From Fibrobacteria bacterium (GTDB lineage Bacteria > Fibrobacterota > Fibrobacteria > UBA11236): a DNA stretch of 64,000 nt. Shown here in pieces: positions 47,484-57,068 of the stretch (the first letter of the stretch is position 1; each line of letters begins with the position of its first letter). The DNA is taken from NCBI GenBank assembly GCA_041746255.1, contig JBGTHM010000102.1, forward strand, positions 28,758 through 92,757. Reading direction: 5' to 3'. The notes below the pieces were generated by a model. It was not told the DNA's origin. It saw only the letters and a list, made by a program, of their open reading frames with translations, and searched no databases. The translations under genes and the position numbers were made by a program.

Positions 47484-48572
47484 ATGTTGAATGATAAATC
47501 GTTGAATTCGGCATGGGTTGCAGGCTTGGTCTGGGCTTTGATTTCATTTTCTGGCGCCCAGGAAGCCAATACCCTCTCTTCCGCGGAGACTGAAGCCGGG
47601 TACGACCCTTTGTTCAACGGTAAGGATTTGAATAACTGGCATGCGTACAGAAGCGACAAGGTTACAGATGCATGGCGTGTAAAAACAGACGCGCCCCTTG
47701 GACCTCGCATTGAAAACGTTGCCGGAGAAAAACGCTCGATTATGACCGACAACAAATACCAAAACTTTGACATCAAGATTGATGTCAAAGTTACTCGAGA
47801 TGGAAATAGCGGGATTTTTACCCGATATGAAGAGACTGCACTGACCGAGAAAGATGCCCGATCCGGTCCTGAATTCCAAGTATGTGGGCCTGAAAATAAC
47901 GATTGCAGTTTGGAAAAGAGGCATTTTGGCTCAGTCTACGATTTGTTCGGAGTGTCCAGCTCGATCCGTGATACCTGGTACAACGCCCATGGTCAATGGA
48001 ATCAAATTCGCATCGTGGCCTTCGATAGCAATTATGCCCATTATGGAAACGGAAAAAAATTGCTCGAATATAAAATCGGAACAGCCGAGTTCATCAAAGC
48101 CTTCAATGCCAGCAAATATGCCAATGATGTAAACAACCGCCGCTACTACCATATTCATCCGGGTGCGATAATGTTGCAGCATCATGGCGAGCATGGCATG
48201 GCTTTCCGAAACCTGAAAGCCAAGGAATTAACAGTTCACCCTTTCCTGAAGGAATTTCCGGATGGAAAATGGCCTGAAGAATTGCCCCAGGATTTTGTTT
48301 TCGGGCCGCCCACGACAAGTTTGGGTTCGGGAATGGAGTTGGTCCCGTCCCAAATCACCGCTAGGCATCGAGGTTCCGGCGCTATCATGGTAAGCGTTCC
48401 GCTTGGGCACATCGATTTCCAAGTCACGGATGTCCATGGAAGGCAGGTGCCATTCATAGAAATGGGCGAGGGGAGATATTCGCTTTCACGACACGAAGGT
48501 AAATTCGGAATAGTCGTTATTCGCGCCATCTTGGGCAATCAGTCATTGTCGACGATCATCAATCTCTATTAG
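47484..48572 (+). CDS. Secreted DUF1080-family protein (3-keto-disaccharide hydrolase-like, concanavalin-like fold)
   Basis: Signal peptide MLNDKSLNSAWVAGLVWALISFSGAQEA followed by the DUF1080 hallmark LFNGKDLNNWH and ...FDIKIDVKV...GNSGIF. The ATG at 47484 is preferred over the TTG at 47475. Confidence 0.62.
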   Translation: MLNDKSLNSAWVAGLVWALISFSGAQEANTLSSAETEAGYDPLFNGKDLNNWHAYRSDKVTDAWRVKTDAPLGPRIENVAGEKRSIMTDNKYQNFDIKIDVKVTRDGNSGIFTRYEETALTEKDARSGPEFQVCGPENNDCSLEKRHFGSVYDLFGVSSSIRDTWYNAHGQWNQIRIVAFDSNYAHYGNGKKLLEYKIGTAEFIKAFNASKYANDVNNRRYYHIHPGAIMLQHHGEHGMAFRNLKAKELTVHPFLKEFPDGKWPEELPQDFVFGPPTTSLGSGMELVPSQITARHRGSGAIMVSVPLGHIDFQVTDVHGRQVPFIEMGEGRYSLSRHEGKFGIVVIRAILGNQSLSTIINLY

Positions 48573-48584
48573 GATTTGGCCCCT

Positions 48585-48915
48585 TCATTTTGAGAGACCC
48601 TCTTTCCCAAAACATCCTTGTGACCCTCCATCGAAACGCCGATGGCCAAGTACACACATTTGTTTTGCACGTGGCCACCCTCCCGGCCTGTGCAGCGAAA
48701 GGATTTTGTCATCGAAGCCGTCGAATCGGCTCTTTCCGGAATTATTGCCTTCGGTAGTATGCTTGGAATAACAGAGGTGATCGGTCATCTCTCCTCACAG
48801 GACCCGTTCCAATAGGGCTTTGGTCAGCTGCTTCAGAATCGCATTTTCCCCGAGCATGTCCTCGGGCTTTTGGTAATCTTTCAGCAATTCATCGAGAAGT
48901 TCATTTTTAATGGTC
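48585..48915 (-). pseudogene. Degraded IS256-family (mutator-type) transposase remnant
   Basis: Minus-strand translation from 48915 gives MTIKNELLDELLKDYQKPEDMLGENAILKQLTKALLERVL, then a stop. This is the characteristic N-terminus of IS256-family transposases. The next frame (48585..48788) continues with MTDHLCYSKHTTEGNNSGKSRFDGFDDKILSL..., again IS256-like but with internal deletions and a frameshift. No intact catalytic DDE region is present. Confidence 0.6.
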
Positions 48916-49166
48916 ATCAGTTTCCGTTCAAGGAAAAGTTAGCCTTATAGGCAATGATCATTTACACGGAACTTTTTACACCCTCCCGGTTTATGAGCTA
49001 TGTGTTTCCCAAATTCTGTGTTGGCATCCATTCGCCGAACTTAACGTTAATGCTAAGTTCGAGCGGAAAAATTGTGGAGTTTTCTGATGTGTGTACGACT
49101 TGCAAAGGAATACGCTTGATGGACCTTCTGGAAGGAATGGTTTCTGCCTTTCCAACCATATATCCT

Positions 49167-50897
49167 TTATGCGAGTTGCTTCTTCCTGAAAATCTGCACC
49201 GCTAATGCGAACACGATAAATGCGACCGCGATGGAAACTCCGGTCCAATGGGCCTTGTCCCAAATGCTCCAGCCGGCGGCTATCAGCGCTCCCAAAGTGG
49301 CGACTCCCATAAGCAAATTCCAAAGCAAGCGTTGGTTACCGCGAACAATCTGGTCACCCATCAGGCTTTTAGAGTTCATCATCAGGAGAAAGGTCAAGTA
49401 GGCGATAGGCAAGAATATCATGCCGATGATGGAAGTGGGCACGGCCAGCCAGAAAGCGGTTTTACCCGACCAGATGAAGGGGCCCAACACGCCCACCGAT
49501 GCCAGCATGGCGCCTATACGATGGGTTTTGCCACCCTGAGGGACTCCTAACATCTCGCATACCACGAAGCCGGAAATAAGCATGAGTATGACAATGGTGG
49601 ATAGTCCCATGCCCAGCACTCCCAGGCCGAAGACTGCGTTGGCCACCGTGCTTCCGGTTAAAGGCGCCAAGGCGCTGGAGAGATGGAAGGCGTCGCGCTT
49701 GACCAGCATGGCGGCCATGCGTTTATCGCCCTCGGGTAGGGCAGCGCGGATTTCCGCTTTGGCTTCAGGGGCGAGCGAGGTATAGTCCGCTCCCATCTCG
49801 GCGGACAGCCTAGAATCCAACAGCCCATTAAATTGGCCAACCAATGCGGGTGGCGCATTGCCACCGTCCAATAATCCCGCTCCGGGTTTTGCATGGAATT
49901 GGCTGGCGGAGGCAATGACGATACATCCGGTGACCAATACGAAGGGGATGACCATACCGGTGCTGAGATCGAAAATCGCCAACCCGCGAAAATGTTTATC
50001 CCAGCCCCGCGCCAACATCGAATAGGGTAAGAGAAAAGTCATATTGATTCCCACAGCGGCGGCGGCGGCGGCAATCATTACATCGCGTTGCATGGAAAGA
50101 ATGTTATTCGACCAGAAGGCACGAAATTCGGGCGCAACAGCTTGCAAGGCGGGGCCAAAAGTTTCGGCGGGGTGGCTCCATTGTGAGAGGTCGGGGATGA
50201 ATCCGCTGAAGATCTCACCCCAGGGTAGACCATCGCCGGTAAAGGCGAGTTTAAGGACCACGCCAAAAAAGCTGATAACGACCAATCCTACCAGGCCTTT
50301 CAAAAGCCTTTCGAACAATTTTACGCCTTTTCCTTTGCTGTCGTAAGTAAAGACAATAGCCGTGGCGGTGATAAAAAGAAGCGCACAAATAATGATTTTT
50401 CCGCCTATATCGCCGAAGATTCCTTCCGCTCCTAGAATTCCGGGAAGCAGGTTTTGCTGCACCACGGCTGTACTCAAGCTGAATTGAGGCAGACACCAGA
50501 CCATACTGGCCATAAGGGATGCCAAGGCCCATCCCCATCCCAGAACCGGATTAATATGCCGGTTGATGGCGGCAAAGGGCCTTTCCCGGGTGGAAAGGGT
50601 GACATAGGAGATGGCCGAAAGCATGACCACGCCCAGTACGACTGCGAGAACCTGCAACCAAAGCATGGAATAACCCGCGATTACCCCCAGAAACAAAGCA
50701 CCGGAGAGAGAGCCGCCCCCCAGCGTGATGGCGCTTTGCAGCCATCCGGGACCGGAGAGTTTCACATATGCTTTGAGGGCGGGCCCGGTTCCCCGGGCTT
50801 GGGCATCGCGCAATAGGGCACGATCGGCCGCCACTTGGGCGGATGGTTCAATCTGGGCCGCTTCGCGCGTTGCGCTGGACGTTTCAGCTGATTTCAT
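49167..50897 (-). CDS. NRAMP-like divalent metal cation transporter family membrane protein (divergent)
   Basis: About 11-12 TM segments. The N-terminal motif region LSGPGWLQSAITLGGGSL...GYSMLWLQVLAVVLGVVML parallels the NRAMP consensus GPGxLxSxxxxDPGN...GYxLLWVLLLxxLMA. Confidence 0.5.
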   Translation of the reverse strand: MKSAETSSATREAAQIEPSAQVAADRALLRDAQARGTGPALKAYVKLSGPGWLQSAITLGGGSLSGALFLGVIAGYSMLWLQVLAVVLGVVMLSAISYVTLSTRERPFAAINRHINPVLGWGWALASLMASMVWCLPQFSLSTAVVQQNLLPGILGAEGIFGDIGGKIIICALLFITATAIVFTYDSKGKGVKLFERLLKGLVGLVVISFFGVVLKLAFTGDGLPWGEIFSGFIPDLSQWSHPAETFGPALQAVAPEFRAFWSNNILSMQRDVMIAAAAAAVGINMTFLLPYSMLARGWDKHFRGLAIFDLSTGMVIPFVLVTGCIVIASASQFHAKPGAGLLDGGNAPPALVGQFNGLLDSRLSAEMGADYTSLAPEAKAEIRAALPEGDKRMAAMLVKRDAFHLSSALAPLTGSTVANAVFGLGVLGMGLSTIVILMLISGFVVCEMLGVPQGGKTHRIGAMLASVGVLGPFIWSGKTAFWLAVPTSIIGMIFLPIAYLTFLLMMNSKSLMGDQIVRGNQRLLWNLLMGVATLGALIAAGWSIWDKAHWTGVSIAVAFIVFALAVQIFRKKQLA

Positions 50898-51206
50898 AGG
50901 GTTTCCTTGATGTTTTTGAATGGTCGGACCCGCGCGAAAGCCGATTCGCGGGACAGGGTAATAAATTTAGATCCAATCTATACACTTCAGAAATTATTTC
51001 CTGAAAAAAGTTGATATGTAACTACTTTTTCAGAGAAAAATTGTGCAACCCCTTCCCAAACAGAGCAATTCCGGGGAAAACGATTTGCACTCCTGGAAAG
51101 AGGCTGGATCAAGGTCTGGCGCCGATTTGGCCTGTTGCGCCGGATTTTTTCCATTTTTCCGGATACGAAATCGTACCCTGGAACGTTTTTAACATTGAGG
51201 AAAAAA

Positions 51207-52184
51207 ATGATCCGAGTTCTTGTTACCACTACATCCTTTCAAGATACCCCAGGTCCTCATCACCAGCAATTGGCGGATGCCGGTTATGAAATGATTACCG
51301 CCAGAGGCCCTTTGTCCGAAGACCAACTTTTGGAGTTGGTCGGCGATGTGGATGCGATTTTGTGCGGGGACGACGTCATCAGCGAAAAGGTATTGAAAAA
51401 GGCCTTGCCCCGATTGAAAGTCATCAGCAAATACGGTATCGGCGTGGATAAAATCGACGTCAAGGCCGTAACCGAGGCAGGCATTCCTCTGGGTTTCTGT
51501 CCGGGAGTGAATCACACCACGGTGGCCGAACATGTATTCCTTCTCATGCTGGCGCTTTCCAAAAACTTTCTGGAACAAGCCGATATTACACGCACGGGGT
51601 CGTGGAAAAGGTTGATTGGCCATGAAATCCGGGATAAGACCCTTGGGATTCTCGGCATGGGGCGTATCGGAAAAGAAGTGGCGATACGGGGCGCAGCCTT
51701 TGGAATGAAGGTGATTGCCCACGATGTTTATTGGGACGAGGCTTTCGCCGCTTCTCACAACGTGAAAAGAGCCGCTAACGTCGAAGAGTTACTGGCCGCC
51801 GTGGACGTGGTCTCCATTCATACCAATCTCAGCGATTCGACGCGAAACCTTTTTAATCGCCGTACCTTCGACATGATGAAAAAAGGCGCGGTTATCATCA
51901 ATACCGCCCGCGGAGAAATCGTCAATACCGCGGATATGGTCGAAGCCCTGGCATCGGGAAGTATCGGCGGGTTCGGAACCGACGTGCTCGACGTCGAGCC
52001 TCCTCCCGCGGATCATCCGCTGTTGCGCGCCAAGAATTGCATCGTGACTCCCCATATCGGTTCCCGGACCTACGAAAGCGTGGTTCGGCAGGCAGGCATG
52101 GCAACCGACAATCTGATTTTGATGCTGCAAGGCAAAAAACCCTTGGCTCAGGTCAACGAAGTGGCTCCCATAAAACCAGCGTAA
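51207..52184 (+). CDS. D-isomer-specific 2-hydroxyacid dehydrogenase family protein (NAD-binding)
   Basis: GILGMGRIGKEVAIRGAAFGMKV (GxGxxG Rossmann fold) with catalytic region ...TPHIGSRT. An ATG at 51207 is preceded by gaggaaaaa; the track's upstream extension is unlikely. Confidence 0.8.
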   Translation: MIRVLVTTTSFQDTPGPHHQQLADAGYEMITARGPLSEDQLLELVGDVDAILCGDDVISEKVLKKALPRLKVISKYGIGVDKIDVKAVTEAGIPLGFCPGVNHTTVAEHVFLLMLALSKNFLEQADITRTGSWKRLIGHEIRDKTLGILGMGRIGKEVAIRGAAFGMKVIAHDVYWDEAFAASHNVKRAANVEELLAAVDVVSIHTNLSDSTRNLFNRRTFDMMKKGAVIINTARGEIVNTADMVEALASGSIGGFGTDVLDVEPPPADHPLLRAKNCIVTPHIGSRTYESVVRQAGMATDNLILMLQGKKPLAQVNEVAPIKPA

Positions 52185-52214
52185 CCTACACATAACCCCT
52201 TAAGCGAGTAAAAC

Positions 52215-53306
52215 ATGACCGAAGAATTTTTCGTCGTGCCCCAAGACCAGCACGACCAATTGATTAAGCAAGCCTACCTTCACCGCGGTTACTCCCAGTC
52301 GGAATCCGAACTGGCGGCGCGGTTCTCCAGCTATGCTTCGCGGCATGGCATTCGAACCCACAATGCCATCAAGGCCTTGCATCTCGACCACCTCTTCGGA
52401 AGCGGCGCCGGTGGCTGTAAACCCAATGTGGCCATCGAAAAATTGCCCAGCCGTTTCCCTGCATCCGAAGTATGGAACGCCAACCTCAAATTGGGTCAAG
52501 CCGTCGCCTACGAAGCCATGGATAGGGCGATGGAATTGGCCGACAAATATGGCGTCGGCATGGTTTCCGTAGATAACGCATTTCATTATCTCTGGGGAGG
52601 CGGTTACGTCATGTATGCCGCCAATAAGGGATATATCGCTTATACCAATTGCACCGCCGCGCTCGCGGAAGTAGTCCCCTTCAAGGGAAGCAAGGCCACC
52701 TTGGGCACCAATCCCCATAGTTGGGGATTTCCCACTACCGATGCCGTCGGATTTCCCATTGTCGTGGATTGGGCTACTTCCGTCATGGCCATGGGTCGCG
52801 TTCAGCAATTGGTGCGTGAGGGCAAGCCGCTTCCGCCGGACGCAGCGGTAGACAAGGATGGCCGCCCGACCACCGTGGCTGCGGAAGCCGTGGCCCTGTT
52901 GCCTTTCGGAGCGCATAAGGGGTATAGCCTTTCTTTAATCAACGAAATCGTGGGCGCCTTTATCGGCGGATCCTTGCCGACCGTCCGCAGCCGCTGGGCG
53001 GATGACGGCGAGAAGCACAGCCCCTGTTTCTTTTTCCAGGTTATTCACCCCGACGCGATTTCTTCCGGCAGCTTCGCTCAAGGCAGGAATCAATCGGCCA
53101 ACATCAAGGCCGTCATTGCGGACATCCTCTCGGGCGGCAACAGCGAATGTCTGCTGCCCGGACAATTGGAAGCCGAGGCGGCGAAGCGTAGTGACAAAAA
53201 TAACGGACTGCTTTTTTCGGGAGCCGAGATACAGGCCTTGGCCGAAATCGCAACCGAGTGCGGTTTCCAGGGTTGGGATCCCGCGGAGTTTTCCAAAGCA
53301 ATCTGA
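52215..53306 (+). CDS. Ldh_2 family dehydrogenase (malate/L-lactate/sulfolactate dehydrogenase type 2)
   Basis: Motifs are GRPTTVAAEAVALLPFGAHKGYSLSL and WGFPTTDAVGFPIVVDWATS. The length of 363 aa is typical of the Ldh_2 family. Confidence 0.72.
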   Translation: MTEEFFVVPQDQHDQLIKQAYLHRGYSQSESELAARFSSYASRHGIRTHNAIKALHLDHLFGSGAGGCKPNVAIEKLPSRFPASEVWNANLKLGQAVAYEAMDRAMELADKYGVGMVSVDNAFHYLWGGGYVMYAANKGYIAYTNCTAALAEVVPFKGSKATLGTNPHSWGFPTTDAVGFPIVVDWATSVMAMGRVQQLVREGKPLPPDAAVDKDGRPTTVAAEAVALLPFGAHKGYSLSLINEIVGAFIGGSLPTVRSRWADDGEKHSPCFFFQVIHPDAISSGSFAQGRNQSANIKAVIADILSGGNSECLLPGQLEAEAAKRSDKNNGLLFSGAEIQALAEIATECGFQGWDPAEFSKAI

Positions 53307-53332
53307 TACACAAATTCTGAAAGGCAATTTCC

Positions 53333-54124
53333 ATGTCGACTTCCGAAACTTTTCTCGCTTCCCTGTTTTCCCTGGAAGGAAAAGCCGCACTCGTCATCGG
53401 AGGCACGGGTGAGCTCTGCGGCGTAATGGCCGAAGGCTTGGCCCAGGCCGGCGCCGAAGTCGTGCTGGTGGGAAGAAACCGCGAAAAGGCGGATGCCCGC
53501 TTGCAACGCATAACCGAGGCCGGCGGCAAAGGTTGGTTTCTGGAAGCGGATGTTTGCGAGAAGTCGGCCTTTGAAGATGTGCTCGCTAAAACCGTCGCCA
53601 AATGCGGGCGGGTGGACATTCTCATCAACGGCGCCGGAGTCAATTCGGCTACTCCTTTTTTCGAAATCAGCGAAGAAGAGAATCAGCGCATCTTCGATGT
53701 CAATTACAAGTCCGTCCTGCAAGGATGCCAGGTCGTCGGCCGGCACATGGTCGAATCCGGAAAGGGCGGCTCCATTATCAACCTCGGGTCCATGAGTGGA
53801 GTGGTGCCGCTTTCGCGGGTCTTTACCTATTCCGCCTCCAAAGCCGCGGTGCATAATCTTTCCAAGAACCTGGCCAGGGAGTGGGCTCCGAAAGGGGTTC
53901 GCGTCAATACTTTGGTGCCCGGTTTTTTCCCCGCGGAGCAGAACCGTAAAGTGCTCACTCCCGATCGGGTGGAAAAAATCATGGGGCATACTCCCATGTC
54001 ACGCTTCGGCGAGGGACGGGAACTTATCGGCGCCACCCTTTTATTGGCCGCACAGGGCGCGGGAAGTTTTATCACCGGGCTGGAATTGATCGTCGACGGC
54101 GGCTATTCCTCCATGACCATTTAA
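53333..54124 (+). CDS. SDR-family oxidoreductase (short-chain dehydrogenase/reductase)
   Basis: [34 protein letters not shown] (TGxxxGxG), NGAG, and catalytic Y..K ([13 protein letters not shown]). Confidence 0.8.
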   Translation: MSTSETFLASLFSLEGKAALVIGGTGELCGVMAEGLAQAGAEVVLVGRNREKADARLQRITEAGGKGWFLEADVCEKSAFEDVLAKTVAKCGRVDILINGAGVNSATPFFEISEEENQRIFDVNYKSVLQGCQVVGRHMVESGKGGSIINLGSMSGVVPLSRVFTYSASKAAVHNLSKNLAREWAPKGVRVNTLVPGFFPAEQNRKVLTPDRVEKIMGHTPMSRFGEGRELIGATLLLAAQGAGSFITGLELIVDGGYSSMTI

Positions 54125-54174
54125 TCCGCCGACCACAGCGGACAACGGATCGCACAGCAAAACAAGGATTCACA

Positions 54175-55590
54175 ATGAGTTTCATCACAGATAATTTCAT
54201 GCTGCAAAGCGACGTCGCGGCCAGGCTGTATCACGAACATGCCGCCAAACAACCTATCATCGATTATCACTGCCACCTTTTCCCCCAAGACGTGGCCAAC
54301 AATCGCCGTTTCGCCAACCTATTCGAGATATGGCTGGAAGGCGACCATTATAAATGGCGGGCTATGCGCGCGAACGGCGAGCCGGAATCGCTCGTAACGG
54401 GTAGCGGAGATCCCCATGCCAAGTGCATGGCTTGGGCGAGAACCGTCCCCGCCGCTTTGCGGAATCCCCTTTACCATTGGAGTCACCTCGAGCTCAAACG
54501 CTATCTCGGCATCGATTTGCTTATCAATGAGAAGAACGGTGAAGAAATCTGGCGTCAGGCCAACGAAAAGCTGAAAAGCCCCGAGTTGTCGGCCCATGGA
54601 ATTTTGAACAATTTCCGCGTTCACGTGGTTTGCACCACCGACGATCCCGCCGACGACCTGGCCCACCACAAGACCATCGCCGCTTCCGGATTGCGTACCA
54701 AGGTGTATCCTACCTTTCGGCCGGACAACTCCTTGGCCATCGAAGACGCCCGAAACTTCAATGAGTGGATAGGCAAGTTGGAGCGCGTGACCGGCAAGGA
54801 AATCACTTCCTTGGACGGCTTGCTTGACGCGCTTAAGGGACGGCACGACTATTTTCATTCCCTGGGCTGCCGAGTCTCCGATCACGGGCTACCCCATTGC
54901 CATGCGGAGGATTGCACCGAAAGGGAGGCCGCCACCCTGTTCGATAGAACGCGTTCGGGAAAAGACGCTTCTCCGGCGGAGCGGGAGAAATTCGCTTCCT
55001 ATATGATGCATTTTTTCGGAATTCTCGACGCCGAAAAAGGCTGGACCAAACAATTGCACCTGGGGCCCATCCGCAACAACAATACTCGCCTGTTCAAATC
55101 GCTTGGGCGGGACGTGGGAGGGGACTCCATCGGCGACTACCCGCAAGCGGCATCGCTCTCCCGTTACCTCGACCGGCTGGATTCTCTCGGCAAGCTACCC
55201 AAAACCATCGTCTACAACATCAACCCGAGTGACAATTACGTTTTAGCCACCATGATTGCCAACTTCCAGGACGGCAGCATTCCGGGAAAGATGCAATTCG
55301 GATCGGGTTGGTGGCATCTCGACCAGCAAGACGCCATGGAATGGCAAATCAATGCGCTGTCGCGCCTGGGGCTTCTCAGCCGCTTCGTGGGCATGCTTAC
55401 CGATTCGCGCAGCTTTCTTTCTTACACGCGTCACGAATACTTCCGCCGCATTCTCTGTAACATCCTGGGCGAAGATGTCCGCCGCGGCGAAATTCCCAAC
55501 GACATGGAAATGCTGGGCGGTTTGGTGGAAGATATTTGCTACAACAACGCCAAGAACTACTTCGGTTTTAAAATCGGCGATTGGGGCTGA
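54175..55590 (+). CDS. uxaC: Glucuronate isomerase
   Basis: The N-terminus FMLQSDVAARLYHEHAAKQPIIDYHCHL matches the classical UxaC start; length 471 aa. Confidence 0.9.
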   Translation: MSFITDNFMLQSDVAARLYHEHAAKQPIIDYHCHLFPQDVANNRRFANLFEIWLEGDHYKWRAMRANGEPESLVTGSGDPHAKCMAWARTVPAALRNPLYHWSHLELKRYLGIDLLINEKNGEEIWRQANEKLKSPELSAHGILNNFRVHVVCTTDDPADDLAHHKTIAASGLRTKVYPTFRPDNSLAIEDARNFNEWIGKLERVTGKEITSLDGLLDALKGRHDYFHSLGCRVSDHGLPHCHAEDCTEREAATLFDRTRSGKDASPAEREKFASYMMHFFGILDAEKGWTKQLHLGPIRNNNTRLFKSLGRDVGGDSIGDYPQAASLSRYLDRLDSLGKLPKTIVYNINPSDNYVLATMIANFQDGSIPGKMQFGSGWWHLDQQDAMEWQINALSRLGLLSRFVGMLTDSRSFLSYTRHEYFRRILCNILGEDVRRGEIPNDMEMLGGLVEDICYNNAKNYFGFKIGDWG

Positions 55591-55655
55591 CGGTTCGAGC
55601 GGATGAAGCCGGACGGTAGCCACCGCCGGTTTCATCCTCGTAAGCAAATGGCGCC

Positions 55656-56825
55656 CTATAGCCCGCCGTTTTTGTTTAACTTCATTATCCAGGCCGCTTC
55701 TTCGTCTTCGTAGTCGCCTTGCTTGGTGCCGAATACGATTGAGCCACCGCCCGGGGATTTGAGCACATCACTGAAGCTGCTGAAAGAGGCGATATAGGGA
55801 TTGCGAGGGTAAAACTTCGTCCAGATTGCTTTACCCTTCAAATCGGCTTCCACAATAGCGGGATCGTTGTTGGCCTCTCCAACCAAAATCATGGTCGAAC
55901 TGGTGTTCTTATAGAATCCGTTGACTCTTGTCAACGGGGTATTCAAAGTCAGATACCGGGTGGCGAGTCCACTATGTGCGGTAACGGTGATTAAGGTGGT
56001 GTTCGCGAAAATGACCAGGTTCCCATTGGTGGAATGATCCAATTTATGGGCGACGCGGGTTTTGTAGTAGACTTTATCCGTAGGCGCTTGATGGTATTCG
56101 CGACGGTAATTTACTTTCAGATTTTCTTCAAAGCGAACCAGCAACGGTTTTCCGGAAATTCGGCTGAATCCGGAAACCAACAGACTCCCGTTTGAGAATT
56201 GCATTACCGACTGGAATTCATCGCCCTTTTTGCCGATAAAACTCTTCATTTTGAAGCGATTGTTTTCATCGAAGCCGCCCAAGACGAAATACGGGTAGAA
56301 AGTCAACACCCCGCTTTCCACTCTACGGATATGCCCAACTCCCGCCATACCGCCATCTATCGTTGCCAACGATTCTATAAAGTGAATCAATTCGTTTGTT
56401 GGGTGATTGGTGAACCATGTTATCGCACCTTCTTCGTCAAAACCGTAAAAAGCGATTCCATAAGGAAAACCGTAAATGGACCCCACTCCTAATATTTCGT
56501 TTCTGCTGCCGCTGTAATCCGTAGTGAAATAACGAAAATCGCTTAATTTGGTTTTCTTAAGGGTTTTGCCATTCGGGTTGATGATGGATAGAAAGGCGTC
56601 ATAGGTGGTGATATCGCCGTCGTTGTCCGAGTAAGCATTGTTCATCGCTGCAAAATTGCCGCTGGGTAAAATGCTGACATCCCTCACGTTTTCGGAACGC
56701 TGATACCGGAGCGGATTATTGAACTCGACAATTTCCCAGGTGTTGATTTTCGCCGAGACCGGGGAAAAATTGATTGAAATGCAAGCGCTCAAGGCCAGCA
56801 GGGAGGAAAGCGCGGCTTTTGGCAT
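55656..56825 (-). CDS. Hypothetical lipoprotein (lipobox LSAC), visibly AT-richer than neighbours
   Basis: The signal peptide MPKAALSSLLALSAC contains L-S-A-C. The body is beta-rich. No recognisable catalytic motif. Confidence 0.5.
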   Translation of the reverse strand: MPKAALSSLLALSACISINFSPVSAKINTWEIVEFNNPLRYQRSENVRDVSILPSGNFAAMNNAYSDNDGDITTYDAFLSIINPNGKTLKKTKLSDFRYFTTDYSGSRNEILGVGSIYGFPYGIAFYGFDEEGAITWFTNHPTNELIHFIESLATIDGGMAGVGHIRRVESGVLTFYPYFVLGGFDENNRFKMKSFIGKKGDEFQSVMQFSNGSLLVSGFSRISGKPLLVRFEENLKVNYRREYHQAPTDKVYYKTRVAHKLDHSTNGNLVIFANTTLITVTAHSGLATRYLTLNTPLTRVNGFYKNTSSTMILVGEANNDPAIVEADLKGKAIWTKFYPRNPYIASFSSFSDVLKSPGGGSIVFGTKQGDYEDEEAAWIMKLNKNGGL

Positions 56826-56989
56826 TGTAATCTATCTTTGGTTTAGGTGAGTAAATATTACATCGTTACGGCTGCGAAAATAATTTCCTTATGATCTGAA
56901 AGTCAATTTGAATATGTTTTAAAATTATTTCGGTCACGGCGATTTCAGTTACGAACCCCCTTGAGTTGGATAAAGGGCGTAAGCTCCAT

Positions 56990-57022
56990 AAAAAAGGGCC
57001 CCGGTCTGTCGACCAGGGCCCC
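56990..57022 (-). terminator. Rho-independent terminator after the Gfo/Idh/MocA gene (end of the minus-strand uronate operon)
   Basis: Plus-strand aaaaaaGGGCCCcggtctgtcgaccaGGGCCCc: a GGGCCC/GGGCCC stem of 6+2 bp with an 8-nt loop. On the minus strand it is followed by a run of six U residues. It lies 45 nt after the stop at 57069. Confidence 0.5.
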
Positions 57023-57068
57023 TGCTTTGCAATTCGGCACAGAGGGCTGCCGCGTTTGTCGTGGCGAT

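Noticed and set aside
47351-47788. 145-aa minus ORF in the metK upstream region
   Set aside because: It overlaps the signal-peptide-bearing DUF1080 gene on the other strand, lies in AT-rich sequence where random ORFs are long, and has no recognisable features.
53090-53989. 299-aa minus-strand ORF across the Ldh_2 and SDR genes
   Set aside because: It is antisense to two well-supported plus-strand genes, spans their intergenic gap, and has no motifs.
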